Virus record (IMG/VR): IMGVR_UViG_3300025598_000023
Location: 32,001 to 96,000 of that record
Length of the DNA: 64,000 nt
Direction: 5' to 3' (one strand)
Source: a virus
The notes beneath the pieces are model-generated. The model had not been told where the DNA came from. It searched no databases and saw only the letters and a program-made list of their open reading frames with translations. The position numbers were made by a program, and so were the translations under genes. This document shows, one piece after another, positions 56,056 to 64,000 of the stretch. Position 1 is the stretch's first letter; the number at the start of each line of letters is the position of its first letter.

Positions 56056-57046
56056 AAGAAGTCTCCATAAGAGGTTTAGCCAAAATATCGGCAATGGGTT
56101 GAACATTTTCAGAAAGTTTTACAAGTTCCCATTTACTGCAGAACTTGATTAGTTGACTGCCAATTTGACGATTGCTCTTGGGCTGAACTTGTAACAGTGC
56201 AGCATCAATAGCATCACGTATTTCTTGTGGTTGTGCAGTCAAATCTACAAGGATACGGTTTTCTTCATACCGATCAAGCACACGGTGTTCTACGCCTTCA
56301 TGATCTACCCAACGCTGTAGCATCATGTTATTCCATGCCCAACCACGTTTTTCACGGTCGGCAAAGGCTTCTACAAGACCAACTTTTTTGGTGCTGCCTT
56401 TAGTGCGAACACCAGGATAAGCAGTCATAATATTATCAGTTGGATCACCACGCATGCATTTTTCAAATAGTACAAACTTAGGGTCACCAACTGTTTTGGG
56501 TGCTTTAGTTTTACTATCAACAACTACTTTCCCGTTATCGTCAAAATAACCTTGCAAAGTAATATGTTGATTTGTCAACCCATTGTAAATGCTGACATTT
56601 TCAGCAAGCAGTTGGTGGAAGTCACTGTCATTGCTTAGTATAATATGTTCATCTTGTGGATGAAGTGCAATCCAACGAGCAATAATATCATCGGCTTCTG
56701 CACGTGCAACCTTGATTACACTGCAATTTGTTTTGTCATTAACCCAATTAGTAAAGTCCTCATAGGCTTTCCAAAACTCTGCATCTTCTTCTGCTTCACG
56801 TGCAGTCATTTTACTTTTAATAACCGCACGATTTGCTTTATAAGTGCCTTTGTGATCCTTGCGCCAACTACGGCTTTCAAGGGCAAAAATAACATGGTCA
56901 GGCTTATGCAACCGATTTACCTTTTGAATAACGTTAAAGGTAATATGCAGTGCAAGCCCAATTTTCTGCCAAGTATCCGTTCCACGATTTGTGGAGTGAC
57001 GGGCACGTGAGAACAGATTAGCTGTATCAACGAGAAGATATTTCAT
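56048..57046 (-). CDS. rnh: T4 RNase H-like 5'-3' exonuclease
   Basis: LLVDTANL, SWRK..YKANR, EADDIIA, SNDSDFHQL, GDPTDNI. Confidence 0.88.
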   Translation of the reverse strand: MKYLLVDTANLFSRARHSTNRGTDTWQKIGLALHITFNVIQKVNRLHKPDHVIFALESRSWRKDHKGTYKANRAVIKSKMTAREAEEDAEFWKAYEDFTNWVNDKTNCSVIKVARAEADDIIARWIALHPQDEHIILSNDSDFHQLLAENVSIYNGLTNQHITLQGYFDDNGKVVVDSKTKAPKTVGDPKFVLFEKCMRGDPTDNIMTAYPGVRTKGSTKKVGLVEAFADREKRGWAWNNMMLQRWVDHEGVEHRVLDRYEENRILVDLTAQPQEIRDAIDAALLQVQPKSNRQIGSQLIKFCSKWELVKLSENVQPIADILAKPLMETSYG

Positions 57047-57052
57047 AATACC

Positions 57053-57081
57053 AATATAATATCTGGAGTTTATTTTGTCAA
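57053..57081 (-). promoter_or_regulatory. sigma70-type promoter (leaderless geometry)
   Basis: TTGACA-N17-TATATT; ATG 57046 lies 7 nt after the -10; no SD. Confidence 0.72.
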
Positions 57082-57084
57082 GGG

Positions 57085-57525
57085 TTATTTAAATTCACTT
57101 AAACCATTACCGATATCGGTTCTAGTGACATAACGGGTATTATCCAAATTAGGTGGATTTTGCTCATTGGTTCGTATGATATTACGTGCCACATCATTAA
57201 GCCATGCATCTACAAGGTCTTCGGGATTAACACCACGGTAGCCAGCAGAACGCAACATTTCAATAAATTCTGCGTTCCAATCTAACTCCATGCTACCCAT
57301 GCTTGGATTTTGTGGATCAAAGTCAAATCCAAGCACAGTAACACGTGGTTCTACTTTTTTAGGTTCTTCTTTTTTAACTCGTGGATTGCGAGTTTTTTTA
57401 GGTTTTGGTTCACTGCTAGTTTTAGTAACGGCTGATGGTGCGCTTTCTGTAATTACAGAAGAGGCGTCAGCGGTTTTGTTAATTTCATTATTTGATTTAC
57501 CAAATAGTTTGTCGAATATTCCCAT
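57085..57525 (-). CDS. Conserved hypothetical protein
   Basis: MGIFDKLFGK amphipathic N-terminus; EPRV..ELDWNAEFI..GY.G..VDAW. Confidence 0.7.
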   Translation of the reverse strand: MGIFDKLFGKSNNEINKTADASSVITESAPSAVTKTSSEPKPKKTRNPRVKKEEPKKVEPRVTVLGFDFDPQNPSMGSMELDWNAEFIEMLRSAGYRGVNPEDLVDAWLNDVARNIIRTNEQNPPNLDNTRYVTRTDIGNGLSEFK

Positions 57526-57533
57526 GTTTCACC

Positions 57534-57845
57534 TTATTGGTTTGGCACACGATAACAGTGGCGTTCCACACCAAGAAAATTACCATAGCGGTCAAAAACT
57601 TGCTCACGGCGACACTCTGTGTGATAATAATTTTCATCATCATAACGAGGCTGATTTGCAATAGCACCGCCAACAATTCCACCGATAATAAGACCACCAA
57701 TAAGTGGTGCAACCCAATTACCACCACCGCCACTATGATAGCCAGGACGTGGACCTTCATAACGACGATCACGCCATTGTGCATTTGCTGACGTTGCAGA
57801 AATTAATGTAGTAGCTGCGAGTAGGATAGCTAATGTCTTACGCAT
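57534..57845 (-). CDS. Secreted glycine-zipper protein (alphaproteobacterial type)
   Basis: Signal peptide MRKTLAILLAATTLISATSANA; GGLIIGGIVGGAIA; C-terminal C..C pair; GGAGAA SD before ATG 57845. Confidence 0.7.
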   Translation of the reverse strand: MRKTLAILLAATTLISATSANAQWRDRRYEGPRPGYHSGGGGNWVAPLIGGLIIGGIVGGAIANQPRYDDENYYHTECRREQVFDRYGNFLGVERHCYRVPNQ

Positions 57846-57870
57846 TTGGGTTCTCCAATGAACTATAACC

Positions 57871-57898
57871 AATATAACATATTTATGGGGTTTGTCAA
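57871..57898 (-). promoter_or_regulatory. sigma70-type early promoter
   Basis: TTGACA-N16-TATATT (TGT extended), TTATAG, GGAGAA SD. Confidence 0.75.
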
Positions 57899-57901
57899 GA
57901 G

Positions 57902-58135
57902 TTAATTTAAGTATGGACGGTATTTTGCTTCAAAATCTGCAATATAGCGTTTTGCACTGGATTTTAGGACAATTTTCTCATCTTCCATGCCTTCTGGCAT
58001 TTCTGTTCCAAGATACTCATATAATTCACGTGCTTCAACATAATTTTTACCATTTTGAGTTTCTTGTTGAATATATTTCAAGATCAAATATTCTATTTCT
58101 TCTTCTGTTAGATCAAATTCTTCTTGGCTATCCAT
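57902..58135 (-). CDS. Small acidic hypothetical protein
   Basis: 77-aa ORF in coupled run. Confidence 0.55.
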   Translation of the reverse strand: MDSQEEFDLTEEEIEYLILKYIQQETQNGKNYVEARELYEYLGTEMPEGMEDEKIVLKSSAKRYIADFEAKYRPYLN

Positions 58136-58388
58136 TTGCGACCTGCAATAATGTTATGTAAATTTTCCATGCTTCTTCAAGCGATGGGTGTTGTTTTTGA
58201 AGTGTTTTTTGTTTTGCATAAGGAATGTTAAAAAATAAACTATCGTCACAATCTGGAAGTGCGTTGTCGACCCAAACTAACAAACCTTGTTTGCGAGCAT
58301 TAGCAAAGTTTTGCCAACCTACACTATCCCGTGGAATAGCCCGTCCTGTATCATACTCAAAATCATATTCGTATTGAGTGCTGCTCAC
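58128..58388 (-). CDS. Hypothetical protein
   Basis: 86-aa ORF in coupled run. Confidence 0.55.
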   Translation of the reverse strand: MSSTQYEYDFEYDTGRAIPRDSVGWQNFANARKQGLLVWVDNALPDCDDSLFFNIPYAKQKTLQKQHPSLEEAWKIYITLLQVANG

Positions 58389-58681
58389 CTATTACTTATC
58401 ACATATAGAGTAATGATTTCACTTAATCGTTCACCGAAATTTTCACCCTCGTTGATAACATGCAGTTCATTCATATAACGATCTTTACGATCATCATATC
58501 GTTGAAACTCTAAAATATAACCACCATTGGCAACATGCAATTTCATATTGATACCATTAGCATCAATTCTATCTGGATTGCGTAATTTATTACTTTCAAC
58601 GGTCAGTATGTTACTTTCTTGGTTAGCTGTATCCCAAGCCTTTTTTGTTTGTTTAAGGAACCATCGATCAAACCATTTCAT
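58385..58681 (-). CDS. Hypothetical protein
   Basis: 98-aa ORF, ANGGYILEF..YD motif, coupled at both ends. Confidence 0.65.
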   Translation of the reverse strand: MKWFDRWFLKQTKKAWDTANQESNILTVESNKLRNPDRIDANGINMKLHVANGGYILEFQRYDDRKDRYMNELHVINEGENFGERLSEIITLYVISNR

Positions 58682-58986
58682 ACTTCTAAACCATCCTTTG
58701 GAAAAAATTTTAACTTCATAGCAGCATAAGTTCCCGCTTCTTCATTTTTAAAAATTATTTGAACTTTGTCTAAACCACAAGTTGAAAAAAAGAAATCTTC
58801 GTTATATTTGTAACCCGCTTCACCTAACGCATTACTAATAATACAAGCAGCCTCTACATCACGATAATTTGCATTAAGCGCACCACCTTCTACATAATCA
58901 CCTGGTCCAAATGAATAACTATTTGATACAGGTCGCTGTGTTAGTGATGAACTTGGAAAATCAAGTATTAAGGGTTTTTTTGACAT
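58678..58986 (-). CDS. Hypothetical protein
   Basis: 102-aa coupled ORF. Confidence 0.6.
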   Translation of the reverse strand: MSKKPLILDFPSSSLTQRPVSNSYSFGPGDYVEGGALNANYRDVEAACIISNALGEAGYKYNEDFFFSTCGLDKVQIIFKNEEAGTYAAMKLKFFPKDGLEV

Positions 58987-59252
58987 TGATATAATAACAT
59001 AAAATAACTTGTATTTTCTTCATTTGTAAACAAAACACTTACATTCTGATTATCATAATATTGATCTGTCCAATAATAATCAACACCATGTTTTAACCCG
59101 TGTTCTTGAAATAATTCTTTTAGTAGATACATGGTTTGTGTTCGTTCGTTCCAAGTTTTAGATTTATATTTTTCATCTGTAGTTTTTATTGGAAACTTTG
59201 CTGTATTTTTATTTAAAGTTTCTTCATAACTATGGTATGTAGGCACTGGCAA
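58968..59252 (-). CDS. Hypothetical protein (possible paralog of next gene downstream)
   Basis: 94-aa ORF sharing a GxKxxxD..FxNEE pattern. Confidence 0.5.
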   Translation of the reverse strand: MPVPTYHSYEETLNKNTAKFPIKTTDEKYKSKTWNERTQTMYLLKELFQEHGLKHGVDYYWTDQYYDNQNVSVLFTNEENTSYFMLLYQCQKNP

Positions 59253-59263
59253 AGTTCCACTAA

Positions 59264-59485
59264 TTAGTGAGCGTTTCCGATTTGTTTTTCGTCAAAGAGT
59301 CGTGCATCCACATCCCAATTGTTTGGGATTTTTTCACCACGCCGCACTCGTTCAAATTGCGAGTACGCGTGAGTGTTACGCTTATAAAGATCGGCTTCGT
59401 TAAAAACAAAGCCATATTCCACACAAAAAGCCTTGAAATTATCAAGGTCGTTAAAAACACGATTTACATTCTGGTTCTTAATCAT
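59264..59485 (-). CDS. Small conserved hypothetical protein
   Basis: VFNDLDNFKAFCVEYGFVFNEADLY. Confidence 0.65.
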   Translation of the reverse strand: MIKNQNVNRVFNDLDNFKAFCVEYGFVFNEADLYKRNTHAYSQFERVRRGEKIPNNWDVDARLFDEKQIGNAH

Positions 59486-59542
59486 TTACATTTCCGTTGT
59501 ATTAGAGTTACATGATATGGACTTGCCAGTGCCACAATTCCC

Positions 59543-59570
59543 AATATACAGCAAACTTATGGTTTGTCAA
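59543..59570 (-). promoter_or_regulatory. sigma70-type promoter
   Basis: TTGACA-N16-TATATT. Confidence 0.65.
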
Positions 59571-59892
59571 CTACTTTTTTATCGTTATTTTCCAATAACT
59601 TATTAAAGTGATCGATTGCCGCTTGAAGTTTAGGAATATCTTCCCTAGCCACAAGCACATCATCCCAAACTAAATCTGCACCAAAAATATACTTTAGCGC
59701 AGCCCAAACTCGCTTGTAAAATGGACGGTAATTTACAGCCTGAATATTAACAATAAAGTCTGGCGTATATGGCATTTCATTGCCCCAATCATACACTTGG
59801 ACAACAATAGTATGTTCAGCACTACTGCATTCACACGAAAGAAATACTTTTAGGTCGTCGTGCTTTACTGTAATATCTTCAATATTGCTCAT
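59557..59892 (-). CDS. Hypothetical protein
   Basis: CECSSAEH..FYKRVWAALKYIFG; coupled to clamp gene. Confidence 0.65.
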   Translation of the reverse strand: MSNIEDITVKHDDLKVFLSCECSSAEHTIVVQVYDWGNEMPYTPDFIVNIQAVNYRPFYKRVWAALKYIFGADLVWDDVLVAREDIPKLQAAIDHFNKLLENNDKKVVDKP

Positions 59893-60620
59893 TATTTTGC
59901 CTTTGCTGGCAGTAGATACTCATATGTAATTAAACCACTATTGACAACAACCTTGGCAACACCATCATCACTGAACTCAACAGTCTTGTCACCTTGCAGA
60001 TTAAGAATGCTGATAAACAATCCAACTGGCCAAGCCCAACCTTTTGTTAATGTTCCCGTAACATCACTTTGGAATACAAAATTACCAGCATGTGTAGAAA
60101 CATCACCAAAGAAGAATTTTAAGTTGGTGCCTTCTGTTTTGGCAACAAACATCTTTTCTTCACTATTTGCCTGCGACTGGAACTTGAGGCGTTGAATGCT
60201 ACCAACTGATGGTTCAAATGTAATACCAAAGTTTGCACCACGGAACTTAACAGTTTTCAACTTTTCATTAATAACTTCTGTAGTCATAAAACGATAGTCG
60301 TTCTTAAAATCACCACCAGCGTTTTCAAAGTGAATACCAACAGGAGTTTGTGCGCCATTGCGTTGTTCACGCTTAAGTTCAATTGTTGCGTCACTTGCAT
60401 ATTCTGGAATATTAAGCACAGTGTTTAACTTGCTCAAGTTTGGCATACCAAAAATACCAGCAAAATCTGGATTTACTTCATTAAATTTAGCATTAAGAAT
60501 TACTGAACGGTCTTCGGTAACGCTTTCAATTTTAGTTTCATTGGCATCGCCAGTGACCTTAACTACATCAATTCCAGTAGGAAGTGTGTGTTGAACAATA
60601 TCTGTGAGAAAGTCTTTCAT
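59892..60620 (-). CDS. Putative sliding clamp (gp45-like DNA polymerase accessory protein)
   Basis: 242 aa, two-domain beta-rich pattern, C-terminal YEYLLPA, next to DNA polymerase. Confidence 0.55.
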   Translation of the reverse strand: MKDFLTDIVQHTLPTGIDVVKVTGDANETKIESVTEDRSVILNAKFNEVNPDFAGIFGMPNLSKLNTVLNIPEYASDATIELKREQRNGAQTPVGIHFENAGGDFKNDYRFMTTEVINEKLKTVKFRGANFGITFEPSVGSIQRLKFQSQANSEEKMFVAKTEGTNLKFFFGDVSTHAGNFVFQSDVTGTLTKGWAWPVGLFISILNLQGDKTVEFSDDGVAKVVVNSGLITYEYLLPAKAK

Positions 60621-60640
60621 TGATTTTTCCTTTGATTTTT

Positions 60641-60669
60641 AATATAACAAAATACGAGTTAGTTGTCAA
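60641..60669 (-). promoter_or_regulatory. sigma70-type promoter
   Basis: TTGACA-N17-TATATT (TGT extended), AAGGA SD. Confidence 0.72.
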
Positions 60670-61504
60670 TAATTTCTGCATACCCACCCTTAATTTTGTG
60701 TCGCAATTCCGTAGTGCCTGGTCTTTTTACTACAATATAACTACTTCTGGAAGGTTGGATTTTATAATTTTCAACTTGATACCCAAAATCTTCAAGATTT
60801 GCAATTAACTCTTTATAATCAATAGCACCAAAATTACAACCAAGATTGTATTCAATTGCCCAAAATTCATCGTGAGGTATAAAGTTAAAAACAAATCTGC
60901 CACCTTTATAGAGGTAATTAAAAATTGAACGTGCCCAATTTAAAATATAGTTTTGGTCAGTATAATAAAACTCATTAAAACAATATATAAGACCAAAAGA
61001 TTCTGTAGGTAATTCAGATAGATCAAAATCTTCTACTGTGTATTTTCTAAGTCTACGTGTTGCATAAAATTCATTATTAAGAGATTGCGCAGCAAAATCA
61101 TTTATTTCTTTGTAACGGTCTACTATATAAAGAGGTTCACTTGCAACTACATACGGTAAAAATTGTCCTGTGCCAGGAAATAGTTCCATAGTGGGAATAT
61201 TATTTCCAACATAACCTACAATTATTTTAGACAAATTTTCAACATCAATTTCATGCAGTGCATTTCTTTGCACAAAATCTAATCTTGTTTCAGGTGTTTT
61301 TTGAAGTAAATCATCAGTTAACAATCTACTTTTTGCCAACATGCGAAGTTTGCTATAAAGTAGAGTATCATCTAATTCAAACAATAATTTGTCGAATGCA
61401 CGAAGAGTGTTTTTGTAATTGGCATGAGCAGTTGCATAACTCGCATAAAAATTACGATTTTTTACAATTTCTTCATACATTTTGTAAGATTGAAGGTCAT
61501 CCAT
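60659..61504 (-). CDS. Class I SAM-dependent methyltransferase-like protein
   Basis: MELFPGTGQF (motif I-like), YIVD, LPTESFGLIYC, LYKGGRFVF. Confidence 0.55.
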   Translation of the reverse strand: MDDLQSYKMYEEIVKNRNFYASYATAHANYKNTLRAFDKLLFELDDTLLYSKLRMLAKSRLLTDDLLQKTPETRLDFVQRNALHEIDVENLSKIIVGYVGNNIPTMELFPGTGQFLPYVVASEPLYIVDRYKEINDFAAQSLNNEFYATRRLRKYTVEDFDLSELPTESFGLIYCFNEFYYTDQNYILNWARSIFNYLYKGGRFVFNFIPHDEFWAIEYNLGCNFGAIDYKELIANLEDFGYQVENYKIQPSRSSYIVVKRPGTTELRHKIKGGYAEIIDN

Positions 61505-61507
61505 ATC

Positions 61508-64000
61508 TTATTCCTCAAAATCAAATAAATTAGTAAATGTATTGCTGATGTTTGTTGCGTTAGTAATATCCCAACCAAGAACATCAAGAAGATTTTCTAC
61601 TTTTTGTGTTACAATAGTATCTTCCATTTCATCACTATCAAATGGCATTTCTTTAAACCATTTTGGAATACGAGTTTCATCTGTTGGATAACCAATGCTT
61701 GTAAGTCCAAGTGGATTATCTTTTAACTTACAAACAATAGTTTTCATACCGTCAACAATCTCAATACTGCGAGTATCGCTGTGCATTCTGCGAAGATTAT
61801 TCCAATTAATCGCCGCACGAACGTGACCTGGCATATTTGCTTTGCCTTGTTTCTTTTCTAAATCGCCATAATAAGTTAGTTTATTAACGCGCTTTGGTGT
61901 GCCCTTTTCCCAACTTGGTAATTCTTTAAACTTTGTTTTAAAAGTGCGCACTTCTTCAATGATCTGCTCGCGTTCTGCACCGTCAAGAACTTTCTTCAAG
62001 ATATCGGACAAGAAATCTTGTACAAGTTTAGGTGTATCGCTGCGTTTAAGGTCAAGACCCATAGCTTTAACTTTGCCAGTCTTGCCTTCAACATCAAGTC
62101 GCTTGCCTTCCAAATCAAAAATTAACACAGCATAACGTTTTTTGGTAATAAACAGTCCTTTACTAGCAATAAGTTCACGACCACCTTTAATGATAGAACC
62201 AAGTTCTGGCGTAGTGTGAAATGCTTCATACATAAATTTTGGGAATGTCATATTGACTTGTTCACCAATACTGTCATAAAGCTGAATACAAATCTCTTTA
62301 TTCCATTCCATGCGACCAGAAGCTACATCATCTTTAATAACTGGCCAAGCACTAAAATACACAGAGTCAGTATCGCCATATATGATTGCTTTGCCAACGT
62401 GATCTGCTTCACCAGTGATAAGTTGATTAACGGTAGCATCCATATGTTTTGCAATTGTGCGACCGCATAAAGTGGTGCTTTGTCCAATGCGTTGGTCAAA
62501 GAAACGACAACCTGCGTTTAGAATAGCACCATACAAACTGTTCAAGTTAATCTTTTTAACCAACTGACGTTTATCCCAGAAAGCAATTTCTTTTGGATCG
62601 GTTGCTTCTTTCTTTTTAGCTTGTAATTCTTTACGCTCACTATACCAACGTTCAAGCAAACTTGGCACAACGCCTTGTCGTTCAAGGTTAAAGATTGTGC
62701 CATTTGCACTTAACGCCCATGGTGCATAATTGTCAAAAATCATATCATATATTTGTGCAGCACTATAAACTTCACTGTTACCATTTTCCCAATCAATAGT
62801 AATTTCTGTTCCAATTTCACGGTTCATAACAGCACTATATTCTAAAGTTGCGAATAGACCTTCCCATGCGCCAGCAAATGATTTGCCTTCATCCATGCGT
62901 TGTTTAAGTAGTGCTTCTGTCATAATAGGTCGTAACTGACCAACAACGGTCTCTGGACCCATATTAAGTGCACGAATTGTTGATGGATACAGCGAGTTAA
63001 TATCAATAGCACCAATCCAATCATTTAATCCTTTTTTGGGATAAGCAACATACGCACCAGCAACTTGGCTATTGACTTCTTCATCACGTGAACGGCGATT
63101 AGGAACTACCATACCACGACGATGTGCTTCGTTGATAATTGCTTGTTCTGTGACCGCAACCGCGCCCATTGTAGTTTGTAGCAACACAGTATTATCGTGC
63201 GCAATTTCATTTGCCAAATCAAGAAATCGTAGTTTTTTATCTAACTTATTGAGCAGTGCAACGTCTTGTCGTGAATACTGAATAAATGTTTCAAAGTCGC
63301 GGTTATATAACTGGTCAAGTGTGCCTTCATAAGCAGTCTTGCGTTCATTTAACTCATATTCACCAATAGCATCAAGACTATAACTATGGCGTTCTTCATA
63401 TGTATATTTGCGATACAGTTCCATATAATCCATGTGAACACGACCAACCAAGTCATATGTTGAACTTGTCTTTCCATATTTTTCATATTCACGTACTTTT
63501 GGAAACTGGTCCCACAAGCAAAAACGGCGGGTGTCATCTTTACTTAAAATGCGTGTTACACGATTGATAGTGTATGGAATATCAAAACCTTCACTGTTCC
63601 AACCACTTAACACATCTGCATCTTCGATAAGTTCAAGAAATGTTAGCAGCATTTCTCGTTCACTATCAAACATAAAAGTATTTTCAAAGATGCTTGCTAC
63701 TTTATTCGCATCTTCCATAGACATGGCACTTGGTGGCAGTGCTAATGTGATAAGTTGGTCTAACCAATCCAGATAAACTGTAATTGCAGTAATTTTTGTA
63801 AAGGGATCATCTGGTGTGCTGTAGCCTTTTTGCGGATCAAAATCCGTTTCAATATCGAAGAAGGCTGTTTGTAGCTGTGGCGAATCACTGCCAAGATAAT
63901 TTTCTGCCAAACATCTAAAAATAGGATTGATATCGCTTTCAAATATTTGGTGTTTACCTTGTCGCAGATTTAGTTCCTTGCGGAAATCCTTACTACTGCG
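61508..64000 (-). CDS. Family B DNA polymerase (gp43-like; 5' end outside window)
   Basis: FFDIETD, GWNSEGFDIPY, DINSLYPS, KKINLNSLYG, YGDTDS, KKRY; frame open to base 64000. Confidence 0.95.
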   Translation of the reverse strand, partial: RSSKDFRKELNLRQGKHQIFESDINPIFRCLAENYLGSDSPQLQTAFFDIETDFDPQKGYSTPDDPFTKITAITVYLDWLDQLITLALPPSAMSMEDANKVASIFENTFMFDSEREMLLTFLELIEDADVLSGWNSEGFDIPYTINRVTRILSKDDTRRFCLWDQFPKVREYEKYGKTSSTYDLVGRVHMDYMELYRKYTYEERHSYSLDAIGEYELNERKTAYEGTLDQLYNRDFETFIQYSRQDVALLNKLDKKLRFLDLANEIAHDNTVLLQTTMGAVAVTEQAIINEAHRRGMVVPNRRSRDEEVNSQVAGAYVAYPKKGLNDWIGAIDINSLYPSTIRALNMGPETVVGQLRPIMTEALLKQRMDEGKSFAGAWEGLFATLEYSAVMNREIGTEITIDWENGNSEVYSAAQIYDMIFDNYAPWALSANGTIFNLERQGVVPSLLERWYSERKELQAKKKEATDPKEIAFWDKRQLVKKINLNSLYGAILNAGCRFFDQRIGQSTTLCGRTIAKHMDATVNQLITGEADHVGKAIIYGDTDSVYFSAWPVIKDDVASGRMEWNKEICIQLYDSIGEQVNMTFPKFMYEAFHTTPELGSIIKGGRELIASKGLFITKKRYAVLIFDLEGKRLDVEGKTGKVKAMGLDLKRSDTPKLVQDFLSDILKKVLDGAEREQIIEEVRTFKTKFKELPSWEKGTPKRVNKLTYYGDLEKKQGKANMPGHVRAAINWNNLRRMHSDTRSIEIVDGMKTIVCKLKDNPLGLTSIGYPTDETRIPKWFKEMPFDSDEMEDTIVTQKVENLLDVLGWDITNATNISNTFTNLFDFEE

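Noticed and set aside
1-64000. Alternative genetic code (stop-codon reassignment)
   Set aside because: Standard code gives uninterrupted ORFs up to 4665 aa and near-complete coding density
61508-64000. Intein, intron or split in DNA polymerase
   Set aside because: Motifs are contiguous at normal spacing with no intein or homing-endonuclease signature in the visible part

Overview
AT-rich, densely coding segment of a large T4-superfamily/jumbo-type myovirus genome (standard genetic code; host probably an alphaproteobacterium, which is an inference). There are four parts. (1) 1-27.3 kb (+) is a late virion module: a gp5-like spike carrying two cell-wall hydrolase-like domains, gp25- and gp6-like wedge proteins, a 4665-aa baseplate protein, and tail-fibre proteins with C1q or autocleaving chaperone domains, many preceded by a TAAATA late-promoter motif. 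(2) 27.3-42.1 kb (+) is a sigma70-promoter-driven, tightly coupled operon with four glycosyltransferase-like genes, six tandem radical SAM genes (five with an N-terminal twitch Fe-S domain) and unknowns. (3) 42.1-47.8 kb (-) converges on it: DHFR, ThyA, an NDP-sugar SDR, a DegT aminotransferase, a full-length DesII-like radical SAM deaminase and a DesV-like aminotransferase, which together resemble the desosamine (3-amino-3,4,6-trideoxysugar) pathway of actinomycete macrolide clusters. (4) 47.8-64 kb (-) holds early and replication genes: a MoxR/vWA pair split by an AT-rich B12-radical SAM insertion, RNase H-like exonuclease, clamp-like protein, methyltransferase-like protein and family B DNA polymerase. 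The best candidate for an undescribed system is the ~20 kb unusual-sugar synthesis and transfer locus. Two elements absent from the ORF track also stand out: a 38-aa ArfA-like ribosome-rescue peptide (54292-54408), and a hairpin RNA (52399-52436) whose loop is complementary to the RBS of four early genes. All family assignments come from motif recognition and memory; no searches were run.
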